A DNA stretch of 64,000 nucleotides from Veleropilina oligotropha. Taxonomy: Eukaryota. Shown one piece after another: positions 1 to 13,700 of this stretch. Location of the stretch: contig JBEUKZ010000125.1 of the NCBI GenBank assembly GCA_048128005.1, forward strand, positions 248,001 through 312,000. Reading direction: 5' to 3'. Each line of letters starts with the position of its first letter. Position 1 is the stretch's first letter. The position numbers and the translations under genes are program-made. The notes under the pieces are model-generated. The model was not told where the DNA came from. It worked only from the letters and a program-made list of their open reading frames with translations, and searched no databases.

Positions 1-820
1 AGAACAAAACTTAATATTGTTACACAATGTACGTACTCTCAGGAAGTACAATCGCGGAAACAAATAGGAAAACAATAAAATGCTCAAATATGGAAATTTT
101 TTATCGGTCACGTGCCAGGGTCAAAGATGAAAAATGAAGCGTGGGTCCATGATGCATCTATAAAGAAATCTCCGAGAAACAGTCCGGACAAGATTTGGGG
201 GTTGGAAGGTCAATACAGCAAGGTCAAAGGTAATTTTCTGAAAATTTCACCGCCTTTCACAATGGCACGTTAATGACACCAAAGGAAAAGATGCTGGCAT
301 GTGAACTGACATATAGTCCAGACCAGGTCTGTATCAGGAAAGTAAATTTTGGCCTCTATTACCTTGACCTTTGACCGAACAACAAACTGAACATTGTTAT
401 ACAATGCACTCGCCCTCAGGGAAAAATTGGATGGAAAAAAATTAAGAAAACAATAAAATATAGAAATGCCCAAATATGGAAATTTTATGGTCACAGTGCC
501 AAGGTCAAAGGTGCAAAATTTTAGAGCCGTGCACATGCTTGAAGTGTGGGCCATGCATATACAAAGAAATTAGAAGGATAAGATTTTTAAATCTCCGATA
601 ACCAGGCCGGACACGATTTCGGGGTCAAAGGTCAAGGTCGAAGGACGTTTTCGCAAAATTTTGCCGAAAAGCACAATGGCATGCTAGGGCGGTTTAGCAT
701 ACAAAAGAAAATAATGCTGGCATGTATAGGACCCGAGATCTAGCCCGGACAAGAAAAGTGAGGAAGAAGGAGAATGGAGTGTAAAACAATACGTCTCTCT
801 CATCCTTCGGATGGGGAGAC
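1..820. repeat. Helentron/HINE-like non-autonomous element with long internal tandem units (left end outside window)
   Basis: Repeated AAATG(C)CAAATATGGAAATTTT and AAGGTCAAAGG blocks about 385 bp apart; terminal hairpin GTCTC..CATCC-TTC-GGATG..GAGAC. Confidence 0.55.
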
Positions 821-868
821 AGTGGATTTTGTACCAATGTAAATTAAAGATTTATTCCTTTGAATACA

Positions 869-1130
869 GGCCGCTTCGGCAGCGCAGTGGGTAGAGTGTC
901 CACTGTAAATTCACTGGCTTGATTCCGCTAATGCGAACAGTAGTGGGTTCAATACCTGGCAGAGGCATGGAAATTTGTTCAATTTATGAATCACAGTTGT
1001 CCGTGACTGGCAGAAGAGGGCGGGTTTACCCGGGCGACCGGGGTTTCGTCCCGCGATAACACGGACATGTCCTGCCTTGAACCTCGATGTTGTAAATATA
1101 CAGGACATTAAGCATCATTCCTCCCTCCCT
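869..1130 (+). mobile_element. tRNA-derived SINE with V-domain-like core, copy 1
   Basis: tRNA-like head with A/B boxes, GGGTTTACCCGGGCGACCGGGGTTTC core, (CCTC)n tail and a 12-bp TSD CCTTTGAATACA (857-868 and 1131-1142). Confidence 0.9.
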
Positions 1131-4100
1131 CCTTTGAATACATCACTATGTTTTTATGGTAAAAATACAGACTGATGAAAATGATATCTCGGTGTCAATA
1201 AAACACACTGTCGAAGTTAAAAATATGAATGAAATCCAATCCTACAAGACATCCTGGCGGATATATACAACCATCATGTTACAGTCATGAGTGGACAATC
1301 TTTTCACCGAAGGCAAACATCTGATTCATCAATCTCCATCAGGCAGTCAGTCACATAATACACGTATATCAAAGGTATAAACAACAATTATATCACCAAA
1401 AATGACTATATCACAAAATTCATGAAATGTGTAGTTTCACACAAATTAATACCATGATCTGAGATGTTTAAAAATATCGTAATATAAATTCTCTATATCA
1501 ATAATAAACAAGAAGATCTGTACAGGTAACAATTCAATATGCATCCGGATTACCCATGATGCATCATCACCAGTTAATTCTGGAAGCCATCAAAACCAAA
1601 ACAATCATCGTTATATGACATTTACGGAAAATAAATATGTCCATGCGTACCGCGAATGATACAGTGCGCGTCCCGTCGCGGTTGCATTAATTATATTGAC
1701 CCTAGCTGTTCAGAGGGAACAGACACAATTTTGCGCAATTCTCGCCTCTTTCCATAGGAGAGCATATGCCCTGTACAAATCAAATGCCAATGCGACAACC
1801 ATGTATGTTCAAATATTTACAAAGGTGAAACAAAGAGCATCGACTATGTGCCCAAAAGGATTACAGAAAAATAGACACAAATATACCATAATCTTACAAT
1901 AATCCACTATTAAATAACATTTACACAATAAGTGACAACTGACCATTACAAAGTTTAGCCACATGGATCGAGATTTCTTGCATTAGTCGGGATAAATGAA
2001 TATTTTATATATACTTACATTCTTAGTACAATGTACTCATTAGCTGGTATTAAGTTGTAAGTTTTTGACATTCAAAACGCTATATAATAATTTGATGCAT
2101 TCAAAATAGAATATTTTACAAAGATCACACTGTGTATGTTGACACTGGACACCATTACGTAGATATATATTATGATAGACACCATTGGGAGTCTGTGGAT
2201 TAGCAAGGGAGCTTTTGAGACCTCCCGGTCTCTTCATCAGTCATTGTTGTTGTGACGTTTGCTAATCTACAGACTCCCAAAGGTATCTATCATAATATAT
2301 ATTTTACAAAAGATTTGCCACTCAGGATGAATGCAATATTATTTAAAAAAGTAAAATTACTTCACTCTTTAAATTTGTCAAATGACGTAACTGTCCCCAT
2401 GAAAACATTGTACAATGAACTGGCATCAATAAATATTATGTGATATATATCCAACCACCACAAATATCGTCTGATACGACAATTAATTAACAATAATTAC
2501 TTCGTACGTCGTCATGATATCTTCAAGAATATGCATAATTTTAGATTATACATGTATACTGGAATGTCCAAAGGACATTCATTTTGGTGCAATAAACGAA
2601 ACAAAATATAAGCGACAGTATAACCTACAACAGTGTCATCAAACTGAAGAACTGAGATACAAATTTATAATGATATGCAACTACACCTGACGAAAAAGCT
2701 AAATATATTTTTAAGGTGATAATATTAAATAAATACCATAGTTACGTAAAAAATTTGATCTAAAGATGCTAGTTTCGAAGCTGTATTGGAATATGATAAT
2801 TAATGCTGACATACAATAAACATTCACGGCTCACATCAATTTCGATAGTAATACAATATAAGTCTTTGATATTACGGCTCGCTTAAGTAGAAACTTTGGC
2901 AAGAATGTATAAACATAAACAACAATATTTACAAAACGCACACAAATATGAGAAAAAATACAAACTTAACATTAAAATCAAAACAACAATACATGTACTT
3001 CTACTTCACCAAGTACAAATGCAGGGCTGATTAAATGACAGCTTCTTCAGACTCGTTATCGTGACGAGCGAGAAACAAACAAACATCTTATTAAACAATG
3101 GCAGTTGTCTTGTGATCTGTAATGGTCAAACAGATTGCTACAGCACTGATATGAGACACCGAATGATGCTTTAATTTCCAGTTCATGTGGCAGAACCACA
3201 CAAATTATATCCCATTTAAAATCGAACACAATGCATAAATGAGGTGATGAATACGCAATCTCGATCGGCATAATGAAACAACAACTACAGTATTATTATT
3301 GCGTTGAATTTTATCAATTTTAGTTCAAGGTGTATTTTTGCTTTGAAGATAAATGCGAAATGATTGAGCAATGGTGATAAAATAATTCACAAAGATAAAA
3401 ATGCAATGTGTACAAGAGATCCTTAGAAAGTTTGTCTGTCATTCAAAAAGAGTAGCATAGTTTCATGCCAATTTTAAACAACATAACCACATCCACCATT
3501 ATGTGATAAAAGGCCTACAAGTGTTCGAGGAGCAGATACATGGTATGCCATATCAGGACATGTTTACATACAAAAATATCAATATAGTTTTTCAGTGTCA
3601 TATCACAAATATATTTGTACATAACTGAGATGTCAACTCGACTAACAAGATAACAAACAATATTATATATATATACTACATAACATACAAATTGCACCAC
3701 TTTCGATACGACAACAACAAGATGTCATTTATTGCCACCTGAAAACATTTGAAAGCAGACCTGGAAAATTCTCAACAAACTAAAATATTTCGAAAATGAT
3801 GACCAGCAAAATACGGAATGATATTGCACTATGCAAAAGGCGGCATGAAAGCTATTAATAACATGATAATCAAGTTGTTATAAATGAATTCTGCATAATT
3901 AAATTATTACACACGACTTACATAGCAGAACAAGTATGATATATGGATAAGAGTGAAGACGCATATAAAAATTACCAATCTGTCAAATTGTGTTTACTTT
4001 ATTTACGAAATCGTTCATCCAAGTTAGAAAATTGTGAGATTCATATAATCATTCATTAATCTGAAAAATTGAGTTTCATGTCAATACAATTTACTTAAAT

Positions 4101-4775
4101 GTTAGAAAACAAACGATAAGTTTTTCGTATGCCACATCGCTATTATTTTTGTTTGGGAAAATATCATCATCAACATTTTGACTAGGAATTTGTAAATAAC
4201 AACACACATGAAAGTATATCTGTATATATTTATATTTAAAAATTCAATAGTCAAAAATAAGTAGCGGTTATATAACTTGCCAGAAAATTTGGGTGGTAGG
4301 AGAATTTTCAAAAGCATTTAATAGAAAGAAAAATTGAATATATCTAGATCAATATAATATTATATATATATCAATGGACTCGCAACAACGAAGATAAACA
4401 TTTGTACAGGATCTTGCATTGCTGATGTTAATGTTTTAACAAAACAATATTTACCATTGCCATTTAGTATATAAAAAGTAGCAAATGTACAAATAATATG
4501 AGTCAAAAACGATGAAAATAAATTCATACACTCGAGATTTCGCACTTGTGTCAAATCCATGAAAGGCTAGCAAATGAGATAATAAATAAATGTGTGTCGA
4601 TAGCACATATATATGAATATTGTAAACTGGGTTAAATTTATGACTATATATTGCAACAATTGCTAAATAAAAATGTACGGCAATTTCAACTTTAAAACAG
4701 TGACCAGGGTGATTTGAATATGAATGTAACGTTGGTAAACAACCACATTATAACAAGCTTCGTTTCTCCTCCTCC

Positions 4776-7700
4776 TTACTCCATAACCGACTGTTGTTCA
4801 ATGGTCGCGGAAATGACGGCACCCGATTGGCTGATTAACTGGATCGGCGTTGTCATGGAGACGGGGATCGTTGCTAATGGCACGGTCACGCCGACCTTGG
4901 AGACTGGAATGGCTACGTTGGTGAGAGCGGTCTGGGTGAGTCGGGTCTGCGCAAACAGCGGATGTGACGCGATCTGGGTCGTCGTGTACACGGTGGGAGC
5001 GTTCTGACTAGCGTGTTGTGGGCTTGGATCGGGGGTCGTCACGCTGTTTATGGTTGCCATCGCCTTCAGCGCGGAGTTCTGCAGGACAGCTTTGGCGGCA
5101 GCAGTGGGAGAGAGGCTTTCCTGCGGCCGATACACGAGGGTTCCGGTGATGGTGGGGGTCGTGGGTGGAGTCTGCAGGGTCAGCAGCTCACTCGGTGGGT
5201 GGTGCGTCATGTTGTGGTTTCGCAGGCCCAGCGCTGTCTTGTAGCTCTTCCCGCAGCGACACTTAAACGCCTTCTTTACCCGACTGAAAAATGATGAAAA
5301 ATATGTACAGGAATAGGAAAATAAACAGTAACATTGTGCCGAATGAAATCGGACGCAAAATATATACAGGAATAGGAAAATAAACATTAACATTATGCCA
5401 TATAGTCTTTACCTGCTCTAATCAAAATATATTACAAAACGAGGCCAAGCTCATAATTATATCTGAGTTAAACTTTGTATATCATTGTGATTTCAGTGTT
5501 CTCACTGGGCACTTATAAGGTGGTGGGTGCACCACCCTATGACCTTTCCCCATCACCCTTTGACCCCTCCCCGCACCTTTCCACACCTATTTTTTTTTTT
5601 TTATAATGACCACCATACAAGATGCTGACCCCATAGAAGCCATAATAATTATTATAAATACAACAGTGAGCGATTTACTACAAAAACAGGTGCTCTTTCG
5701 TTACTTCCCCCACAGCTCCAGCTTTTATACATATTTAAGGAGCTCCGGCTTGTATTCGTCTTAAATTTTCACACTCCACGTATTATCTGCTACTTAAGGC
5801 AAATGCTGCTTGCGATAAGATACACGTGATGGGTATGTAGTTGTATTGGCTTTACAAACGTATATACACCGGACCACCCCGTGAGCCTGGACTGACCGAG
5901 GTTCACCTGTTGCTAGTCCCCATGGATTTAACATTAATGACGCGTCTAAAGTCGGAGATGAAAAAACGGATTTCCAAAGTTGAGTAAAAGCCGGAGCTGT
6001 GGGGGAAGTACCGAAAGAGTGCCCAAAATTATGTGTAGCAGGTTTTGCTACACATAATAATATTGAGTAGCAATGCTAGAATTTTGTGTAGCAGTATGTA
6101 ATTGATGTTGTGGGAAAAACTACCATGCTATGATTACGAATATAATAAATCAATGTAATATTTAATTATACATACAACAAAGTTATGTAAAATCAAAACA
6201 GTCCCCGTCATTGTCTTGTTTTACTTTAAATGCAGGGTTAGAATTTAAAAAATAAGTCCACCAATCCATACGGATTGATTGGCCAGTAGATTTACCAATC
6301 CGCCGCAATATTTACCTATCCGTAATAATTATAACCTCGATTTTTTTAAACGGCGACGTGAAATTTCGACCTGATGCAGTTCACCATAGCCTGGGCTGCA
6401 AAGCACGTGGAACCTCAAAAAGTGACGTTCTCTGACGTGTTCAATCTTGCTATTACTGCTGTATACGCAAACTTCATTGTTGTTAATGTTTATTGACTTT
6501 TTCGCACATTTCTACCCTTTCGCGAACACGTACGTGGCTGAAGGCCACGAAAAATAATTAATGGAATAAACTCATTACGGCTACTGCACGAAGTTATTAC
6601 GAAAAATACCGACACTGCTAAATGAACCCGAATGTGGGAGAAATCATTGTCTTCCCGCCTTATCGCACATAATTATTGCGGATATCTGCATTTCCGGCAA
6701 AACTTATCACTGATATTTATTATAATAATTTTTCAAGTAATTGTCTCAAATATTCATTTTATTATTGCATTAACCAGCAAAAGGTAATTGCCTTTCATGT
6801 ACATTACTGCTAACTCCCTATGTCACGTGTTCCATACAAAATGGTGCAGTTGTTTTCGTGCACGAGTTGAAGTAAGATAAAGATGATTGGAACAACAATT
6901 GAAAACACATTTTGTTAAGTAGCTTTATTACCTTTTATATGATTTAAAAAACAACTTGATCACGAATACAAGAACCACGGTCCGATATGTCTCGCCCCTT
7001 TAGATTTAGGAATTTACTAGAAAAGTGTTTTGACCATCTCGTATGCAATCATTGAAAAATTTAAGCCGAAAATTCCAAGTCCAAAAACACAAATGTTATG
7101 CATCAATTATATGAAATTTTACTTCGGGAATATCAATGCCAGAGTATCAGATGATATCCATATAAACAATACCAAAGCATACATATTCAAAAAAGTGATT
7201 TTAGTAGCCAATATCCACTAATTAAATGAAAAACTTCAACCAAAATTTCTATGTCCACAAACACCACTTTATTTTCATTAATTATATTAAAATTTATTCC
7301 ATATTACTGCCAAAGTATCAGGTACCTTGAGCAAGCCATATACACTTAATGAAAAACTTTAACCTAAAGTTCACCTAAATTTCTATGTCCCAAAAGACCA
7401 CAATATTTCCATTAATTATAATAAAATGTATTCCATATAACTGCCAGAGTATCAGGTGACATCGGATGATCTATACAACCAATAACAAAGCATATATATG
7501 CCAAAAATTGCATTGAGCAAGTGTTACACTACGGGCCGTTGTAGCTGCCAGTTAGGACTTCGATAACCAGCGGAATGCCCGTCACTGCGTTACAGTATTA
7601 ATGTGATAAATAGTTCTGTAGTCTGCAATGGATTTCTATATGTCCGGAGAACAACGATGGGAGGTTAATGGTCTTCATTGTACGTGTCGTCTACGAATCA

Positions 7701-10700
7701 CATGGAGTATAAACAGTCCGCTGGTATTAAAGGCATTCCCAGCTAACTGTATACTAGGATCTAAAAATGTTTCTGTCTCTACTCAGCCGACTTTGGTCAT
7801 TCCAACATAAAGGACCGTTGTGTTATCCATGCCGGAATGCGATGGTATTAGATAACATCCCCGTGACAAGACGCTATCCGCTGGAGTCGTTAAGTTTACA
7901 TCTCGCTACTGGATCACAAAGTCAGAAGTAGATTCTTGACAATTCGTTTATATAGTCCACAACATGGTACAGATTACATCGGAAACATACATGTTGCTGA
8001 AGCCAAGCGTAGCATAAATATATATTCTAACTAAACATATATACAATTGAGCCCCGCACGTTTTTACGTGCTTCCTAGGATGTTAGCTAGGTATGGACTG
8101 CCGTTCTCCGGCACGCACTGGCACCAAACCGAATTCTCCCACCCTCATCTCAACCAATCGGATAACCAGTTTTGGTTTCGTCTAGCTATATTCGAATTAA
8201 CTCATCCAATATTGCATCAGGAATACACGCATTTTGACACGGAGTGACGAATTGACTCTTATGACATTACGTTTCATAATTACAGAATACGGGCGTCATT
8301 CATCTTGAACTCGGAACTAAGCATCATTAATCGCTTTCAGTTATATAAATATGCCAGCTAATGCCAGTATTACGCGACGTCAATAGCTACTATCAGGCAA
8401 CTAGTTGTTATTAATAATATACACACAATTATATCAGATCACAGGTCATGATTAATCTCTTTTGCAGGGGTGCTCAGTGCAATTCGTCATTAGTACATTA
8501 TTTCAATATAAAAACATATACAATAGTAATGAATCATTAATAAAGATCTACTCACATTTTAACACAAGCCACATACACTTGATGAAAAACTTTAACCTAA
8601 AATTTGCCGAAATTTCTATGTCCCAAAAGACCACTATATTTCCACTAATTATATTAAAATTTATTCAATATCACTGCCAGAGTATCAGGTGACATCCATA
8701 CAACCAATAACAAAGCATATATATGCCCAAAAGTGCCTTGAGCAAGCCATATATACACTTGATGAAAATATTAACCTAAAATTTAACCAAGATGAGATGA
8801 CACGACGACGACACCGACGACGACGCAGACAACAACGGAAAAAGCAATCCCTTAGTCTCGCTTTCCTTCGGGGGCGAGACAAAAATTATATTTCTACGTA
8901 TTATTATACAATATCGAATCTCAACGAAAATGTGCATTCTCGTGCTCGTAAAAGTTGCCAATCCCAACGGATTTCTACTACGATGTCCTAACAAATCCGG
9001 CGAAAAAAAAGGTTCCGGATTGACGGATTGGTTCCCAAATTCGAACCCTGAAATGGTTCATAATTTAAGACTTACTCTGTGAGCAGACGACAAAAATGGC
9101 GGTCAAGGCTATCGTTCACATAGTCAGCACTGAATCATGCATTACTCCACAATATTTCTATGCTGGGATTCATAATTAAGATGACCAATACCTTTTTTGT
9201 TTTCATTATTGCAAATAATGGAAATACATACCAACATATGAGCTTCTATACTAATTACGGTAGACTAGCCACCCCAGCCAGTCAAACTATTTTGCAGCGT
9301 GCTCACATTTGCCCTCGTTACAGCAACGGAAATACCACATAGCTATAAATAGACACAATACAGAACACAACCCGCAATCGAAAAAAAAGTTCTTGAAAAC
9401 GAGTTCTTCATTTAATGCATTCGTTCTAGCTACGATGCAGTCTCATTCTCAATTCAATTTAATAGTTTGAATTTGCTAGTCAGATTCATCGAACTGACGC
9501 GAAACTGAAACCAGCACATATCTTCCTATTTCTTTTGATATATTTTCTCCTTAGGACAGCAATTTTGTGAAAGTTATGAATTAAAAGCATTTAATGTAGG
9601 TATATTATATGCATTTCTTTGTTATTGGAATCTTAAATGCATTTGACATCGCGTCGCAAACGCGACGACCCCATTTCGAAATGGATCGCAAGCAGCCCAA
9701 AACTGGTTCGCGTTTTGCGATGCGATACTAATTAAATCGTTCACTGTACAATATATATATTATATTATAATATATATACATATACATACATATATGCATA
9801 CATACATATATACATGCACGCACGCGCGAGTGCGAACACACAAGCGACCCCGCCGCGACATAATTCCCCCGCCTTATAATTTCAATATGGGGAGAACCCT
9901 TGATTTTCTGATGTATCTACGGCAACATTCATGATTCAATGTTAAGACTAATAAGAGGATAGCTCGCATACCACTCACCTGCCCTGAATCGTTGGTTCCA
10001 ATCCAAATCAAATTTATCAGTCAAGTACATGATATTTTAACTTTAAATATTCTGCACTCAGGGAAGTTTCAGTGAAAGTGGCAAGTGATCCTTTATGCCA
10101 ATAACAGACAAATACGTCATTAAACCATCTTTCATGCAGTGAGGGAGGAATGATGCTTAATGTCCTGTATATTTACAACATCGAGGTTCAAGGCAGGACA
10201 TGTCCGTGTTATCGCGGGAGGAAACCCCGGACGCCCGGGTAAACCCGCCCTCTTCGGCCAGTCACGGACAACTGTGATTCATAACTTGAACAAATTTCAA
10301 TGCCTCAGCCAGGTATTGAACCCACTACTGTTCGCATTAGCGGAATCAAGCCAGTGAAGTTAGAGTGGACACTCTACCAACCGCGCTGCCGAAGCGGCCC
10401 TCTTTCGTGCAGTGTAATAAGAAATCTCTAAACACAAAAAAAAGTTATCGGAGAGTTTTGAAGATATTCGCATTTCAAGTCAAAAGTTGACGCCGGACGG
10501 ACGTACGCCGGACAAAGCGGTATCAGTAAAGCTCTGCTGACTACGTCACAGCGGAGCTAAAAACATGAGGTCTATGAACTTGCAAAGATCAAAACATTGA
10601 ATTTCAGTAAGTGCAAACACTCGAAAGAAAAGCGAAACAGAATTGCCTAGTTTTTGCAGAAAATATTCATAACATCATAATAAAGATGCATTCAAAGTAC

Positions 10701-13700
10701 GAAAAAATGTCAGACGACAGTTTTTGAGAAATTCACTAAAAAGTTAAACGCGGACAGACAACGGACAAATCAGCATCATTAAATCTTCACCGACTATATC
10801 ACAGCGAATCTAAAACAGCAACAGGGTGTTGTTTATTTAGATAAGCATAGCATAAAATTTATCCAAACCATTGAAATGTGCAAAATAATTTGTTGTGCTC
10901 AAGCTGCAATAGAATCTGCCTTGATATTCTGTGTTAGTAAGTTGCTTGGCTTTACATACCAAACTATTGTCTCACTGATCGAAATAATAAACTCAATTTC
11001 AGATCAAATCGACCCACAGTGTTAGCTGCACTAACTTCACCATAACCCGGGGTCAACAACATAATGATGGCTCATCATGATCACAAACCACACAACCATG
11101 TTATTTACTATCCGTGATTTGAAGTAGATCACATGTTAGATAGCTGGTTTCTTTGCTTATCCTACCAGTAACCTGCTATGTATACCTGGTATCTTTCCTG
11201 TGGCCGTGGCGAGCATGATATTTGATCCCATTCACGTTCTTGTACCGCTTCTTGCAGCCGGGCACTGGACAGGCAAACGGCTTGTCACCATCTCCATCCT
11301 TCGACCCCATCATGCTGCAAAAAGAGAGATCAACATGACATGACAATCATGCACCTCAACCAGGGGTCAGTTGTAAACTGTCGATTACTTCAAGAGACTA
11401 TTGCCCGTAAATGCGCTCTTTCGCACGAGTTGTCTCTGGCACGAGTTGCCCTGACACAATCTATCGCCCGGTTAGCGCAGATTGATACAAATTTCGCGAA
11501 GATATGATCGATATATGATATATGATCAAATGATAGACTTGTATCAAAATTATTATTGTAACTGGGCAATATATGTTATTGTAAAGTAGAAAGCTATCTT
11601 ACTTGACGAGCAGAAACCAACGCAACTGTTCTCAAACTAGGTCAATTGGAAATGACCTCGGTGCGAGGTAATTAAACGCGGACCGCGTTTTATTATTTTT
11701 AAATATTCAGTAGCGATTAATTTAAACGGTAGCAAATTACTGACGAAAGTTGAGAGTTGAAAATTCCTAACTTTTTATGTTAAAAACAAAAAGTGTAATG
11801 CTGTTAGTTTTCTTTCTAAAAAAGAAAGAGCGCATTTACGGGAAATAGTCTCTTTAATAAGCAATTACATAACCATTACAACACATTTATTGATGTCATC
11901 GCCTACAAAATGGCAGGTACCGTAAACATTTCTGGATATTATGAATAAGATATAGAATTGCAAAGCGAAACTTTGGCATTTTCATCGCATCGAAAAAGCC
12001 ACGATACACCGTACTATTAATATATGGCAAAATAATTTGTTTTTGTAATAATTGATTTATTTTCTAAAATCAATATATGCCATATCACGATATTTTGCGC
12101 TGTCAGCAGTTGTTTCTATTGAATTGTTATGTTTATAGAACTCGCTTCACCGACCGATGGACGCAGTCATCTTGCAAATGCAAAATAAATATCTCACTGG
12201 ATGGCTAACAAGCGATTGCAATTGGCTGAAATTCAGCGGGTCATTGTACTATTATAAGACACAGCGCTTGAATCGCTTGCAAGCTAGCTCTACTATTTCT
12301 GTCAGACCATCCGGTAGTGCAGTGTATAAGACGGTAGTGCAGTGTATAAATCCGGTATTGCAGTGTATAAATCCAGTAGTGCAGTGTATAAATGAGGTTT
12401 TAATGTAAACCTAATATTAGTATAAAACATACTTACGTCCTTACTCTTGCCATAATAGCATATTATCGCCCAAACCGGAAATGGTGAATATGTCCCATAA
12501 TGCACCGTTATAAGCCAAAAAAGCACACGGTTACCTCCCCTGCTCCTACCCCCCACGTTCCCTAGCGAGACTTCGCCAAGTCTCGTGAGACTTCTGAACA
12601 ATAGAAGTCACATGACATCAATTCAAAGTTCAAAAACCACAAAGGAACGTAGTAGAGGGGAGGAATGCGAACGCAGGGTGGGTAATCGTGTAAGGACGTA
12701 AGTATGTTTTATACTAATATTAGGTTTACATTAAAACCTCATATATAGTTACAAACATACTTACGTCCTTACTCTTGCCAGAATAACCTTGGATAGGTGG
12801 GTAAGACGTTCCTTACAACAAACCCAAACAAGATAATGACTTACTTTTCACCAATTCGATCAGCATGAAGCGTCGAGTGTGTCCGCCTAGAGTGGAATTT
12901 TTACTGAGTATTATATTCTACTCTTACCAGGCGAGAATTTCGACCAGTGTTACCGGGAGGATACGCCGTGGTGTTAGTCGGACGAGGTGAACGGAAGTGC
13001 AATCAGCCCCTGGCACGGCCGGAAGGATAAATCCCTGTAGGTCTTACGTGTCATGGACCAGTGGCAGCCAAATGGGACTCCGGGCCTATAGGCCGGTAGC
13101 CAGAGGATGCAGTCGGATTTGTAAGCACACGGAACCTAACAGGTTGTGAAAGCTTTAAAATCAAAAGCAAAGAATTAATAGATTATATAATAATCGATAT
13201 TAATAAGTAGTTCGCATGACCAACTTGCGAACGCTAACATGGACGACATGTCACTTAAAATAAATTTTAAGGAAGCAAAAATGTTCGACATGTTACTTAA
13301 AAATAAATGTTAAGGAATCAACATTTTAAATGTATTGAACATCGTATGTTCGATTACAGCAAAGAACATAATAATATTGAACCCTAATCTTTTTAAGATT
13401 TGTGCAAAATTATCAAAGTTGTTTTATTAAATTCAATGTGATCTGGCTTATGTCAACACTCAGTCTGACATGAGAAGTACAAAATCTTAAATTAGATTTA
13501 AGAAATGAACAGACATTGAACTGCCCCATAGGTGTTAATTACATAGCACCGTTTGGCCAACGAAAATAAAATGGCGTCAGTAAATATGCAAATGATCAAT
13601 CAGAGAACAATAGGCTACTTACTGATTAGAAGACCTCGGTCTAACAATAACCCGTTGTGCAGCAACACAGTGTAAACTGCTTAGGCCATCAGCCCCGGTT

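Larger units (their letters stand above)
6233..9050. mobile_element. Non-autonomous hAT-like element with 5-bp TSD AAATG
   Basis: TIR CAGGGTT(A/C)GAATTT; AAATG at 6228-6232 and 9051-9055. Confidence 0.75.
5494..9901. mobile_element. Non-autonomous DNA transposon (CAG-type TIR, 5-bp TSD GATTT), outer shell of a nest
   Basis: Imperfect TIRs CAGTGTTCTC and AAGGGTTCTC, subterminal TTATAAGG(T/C)GG at both ends, GATTT on both flanks. Confidence 0.55.

Noticed and set aside
911..1108. 65-aa ORF MSCIFTTSRFK.. present three times
   Set aside because: It is the antisense reading of a SINE, not a gene family.
12302..12601. ORF MFRSLTRLGEV.. duplicated at 17096-17311
   Set aside because: It is a chance TTG-started frame through the DIRS ITR, duplicated only because the ITR is.
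13017..13087. HDV-like ribozyme (GGCCGG.. and ..AATGGGAC resemblance)
   Set aside because: The pairing order does not give the nested double pseudoknot, and no P3/L3 motif was found.
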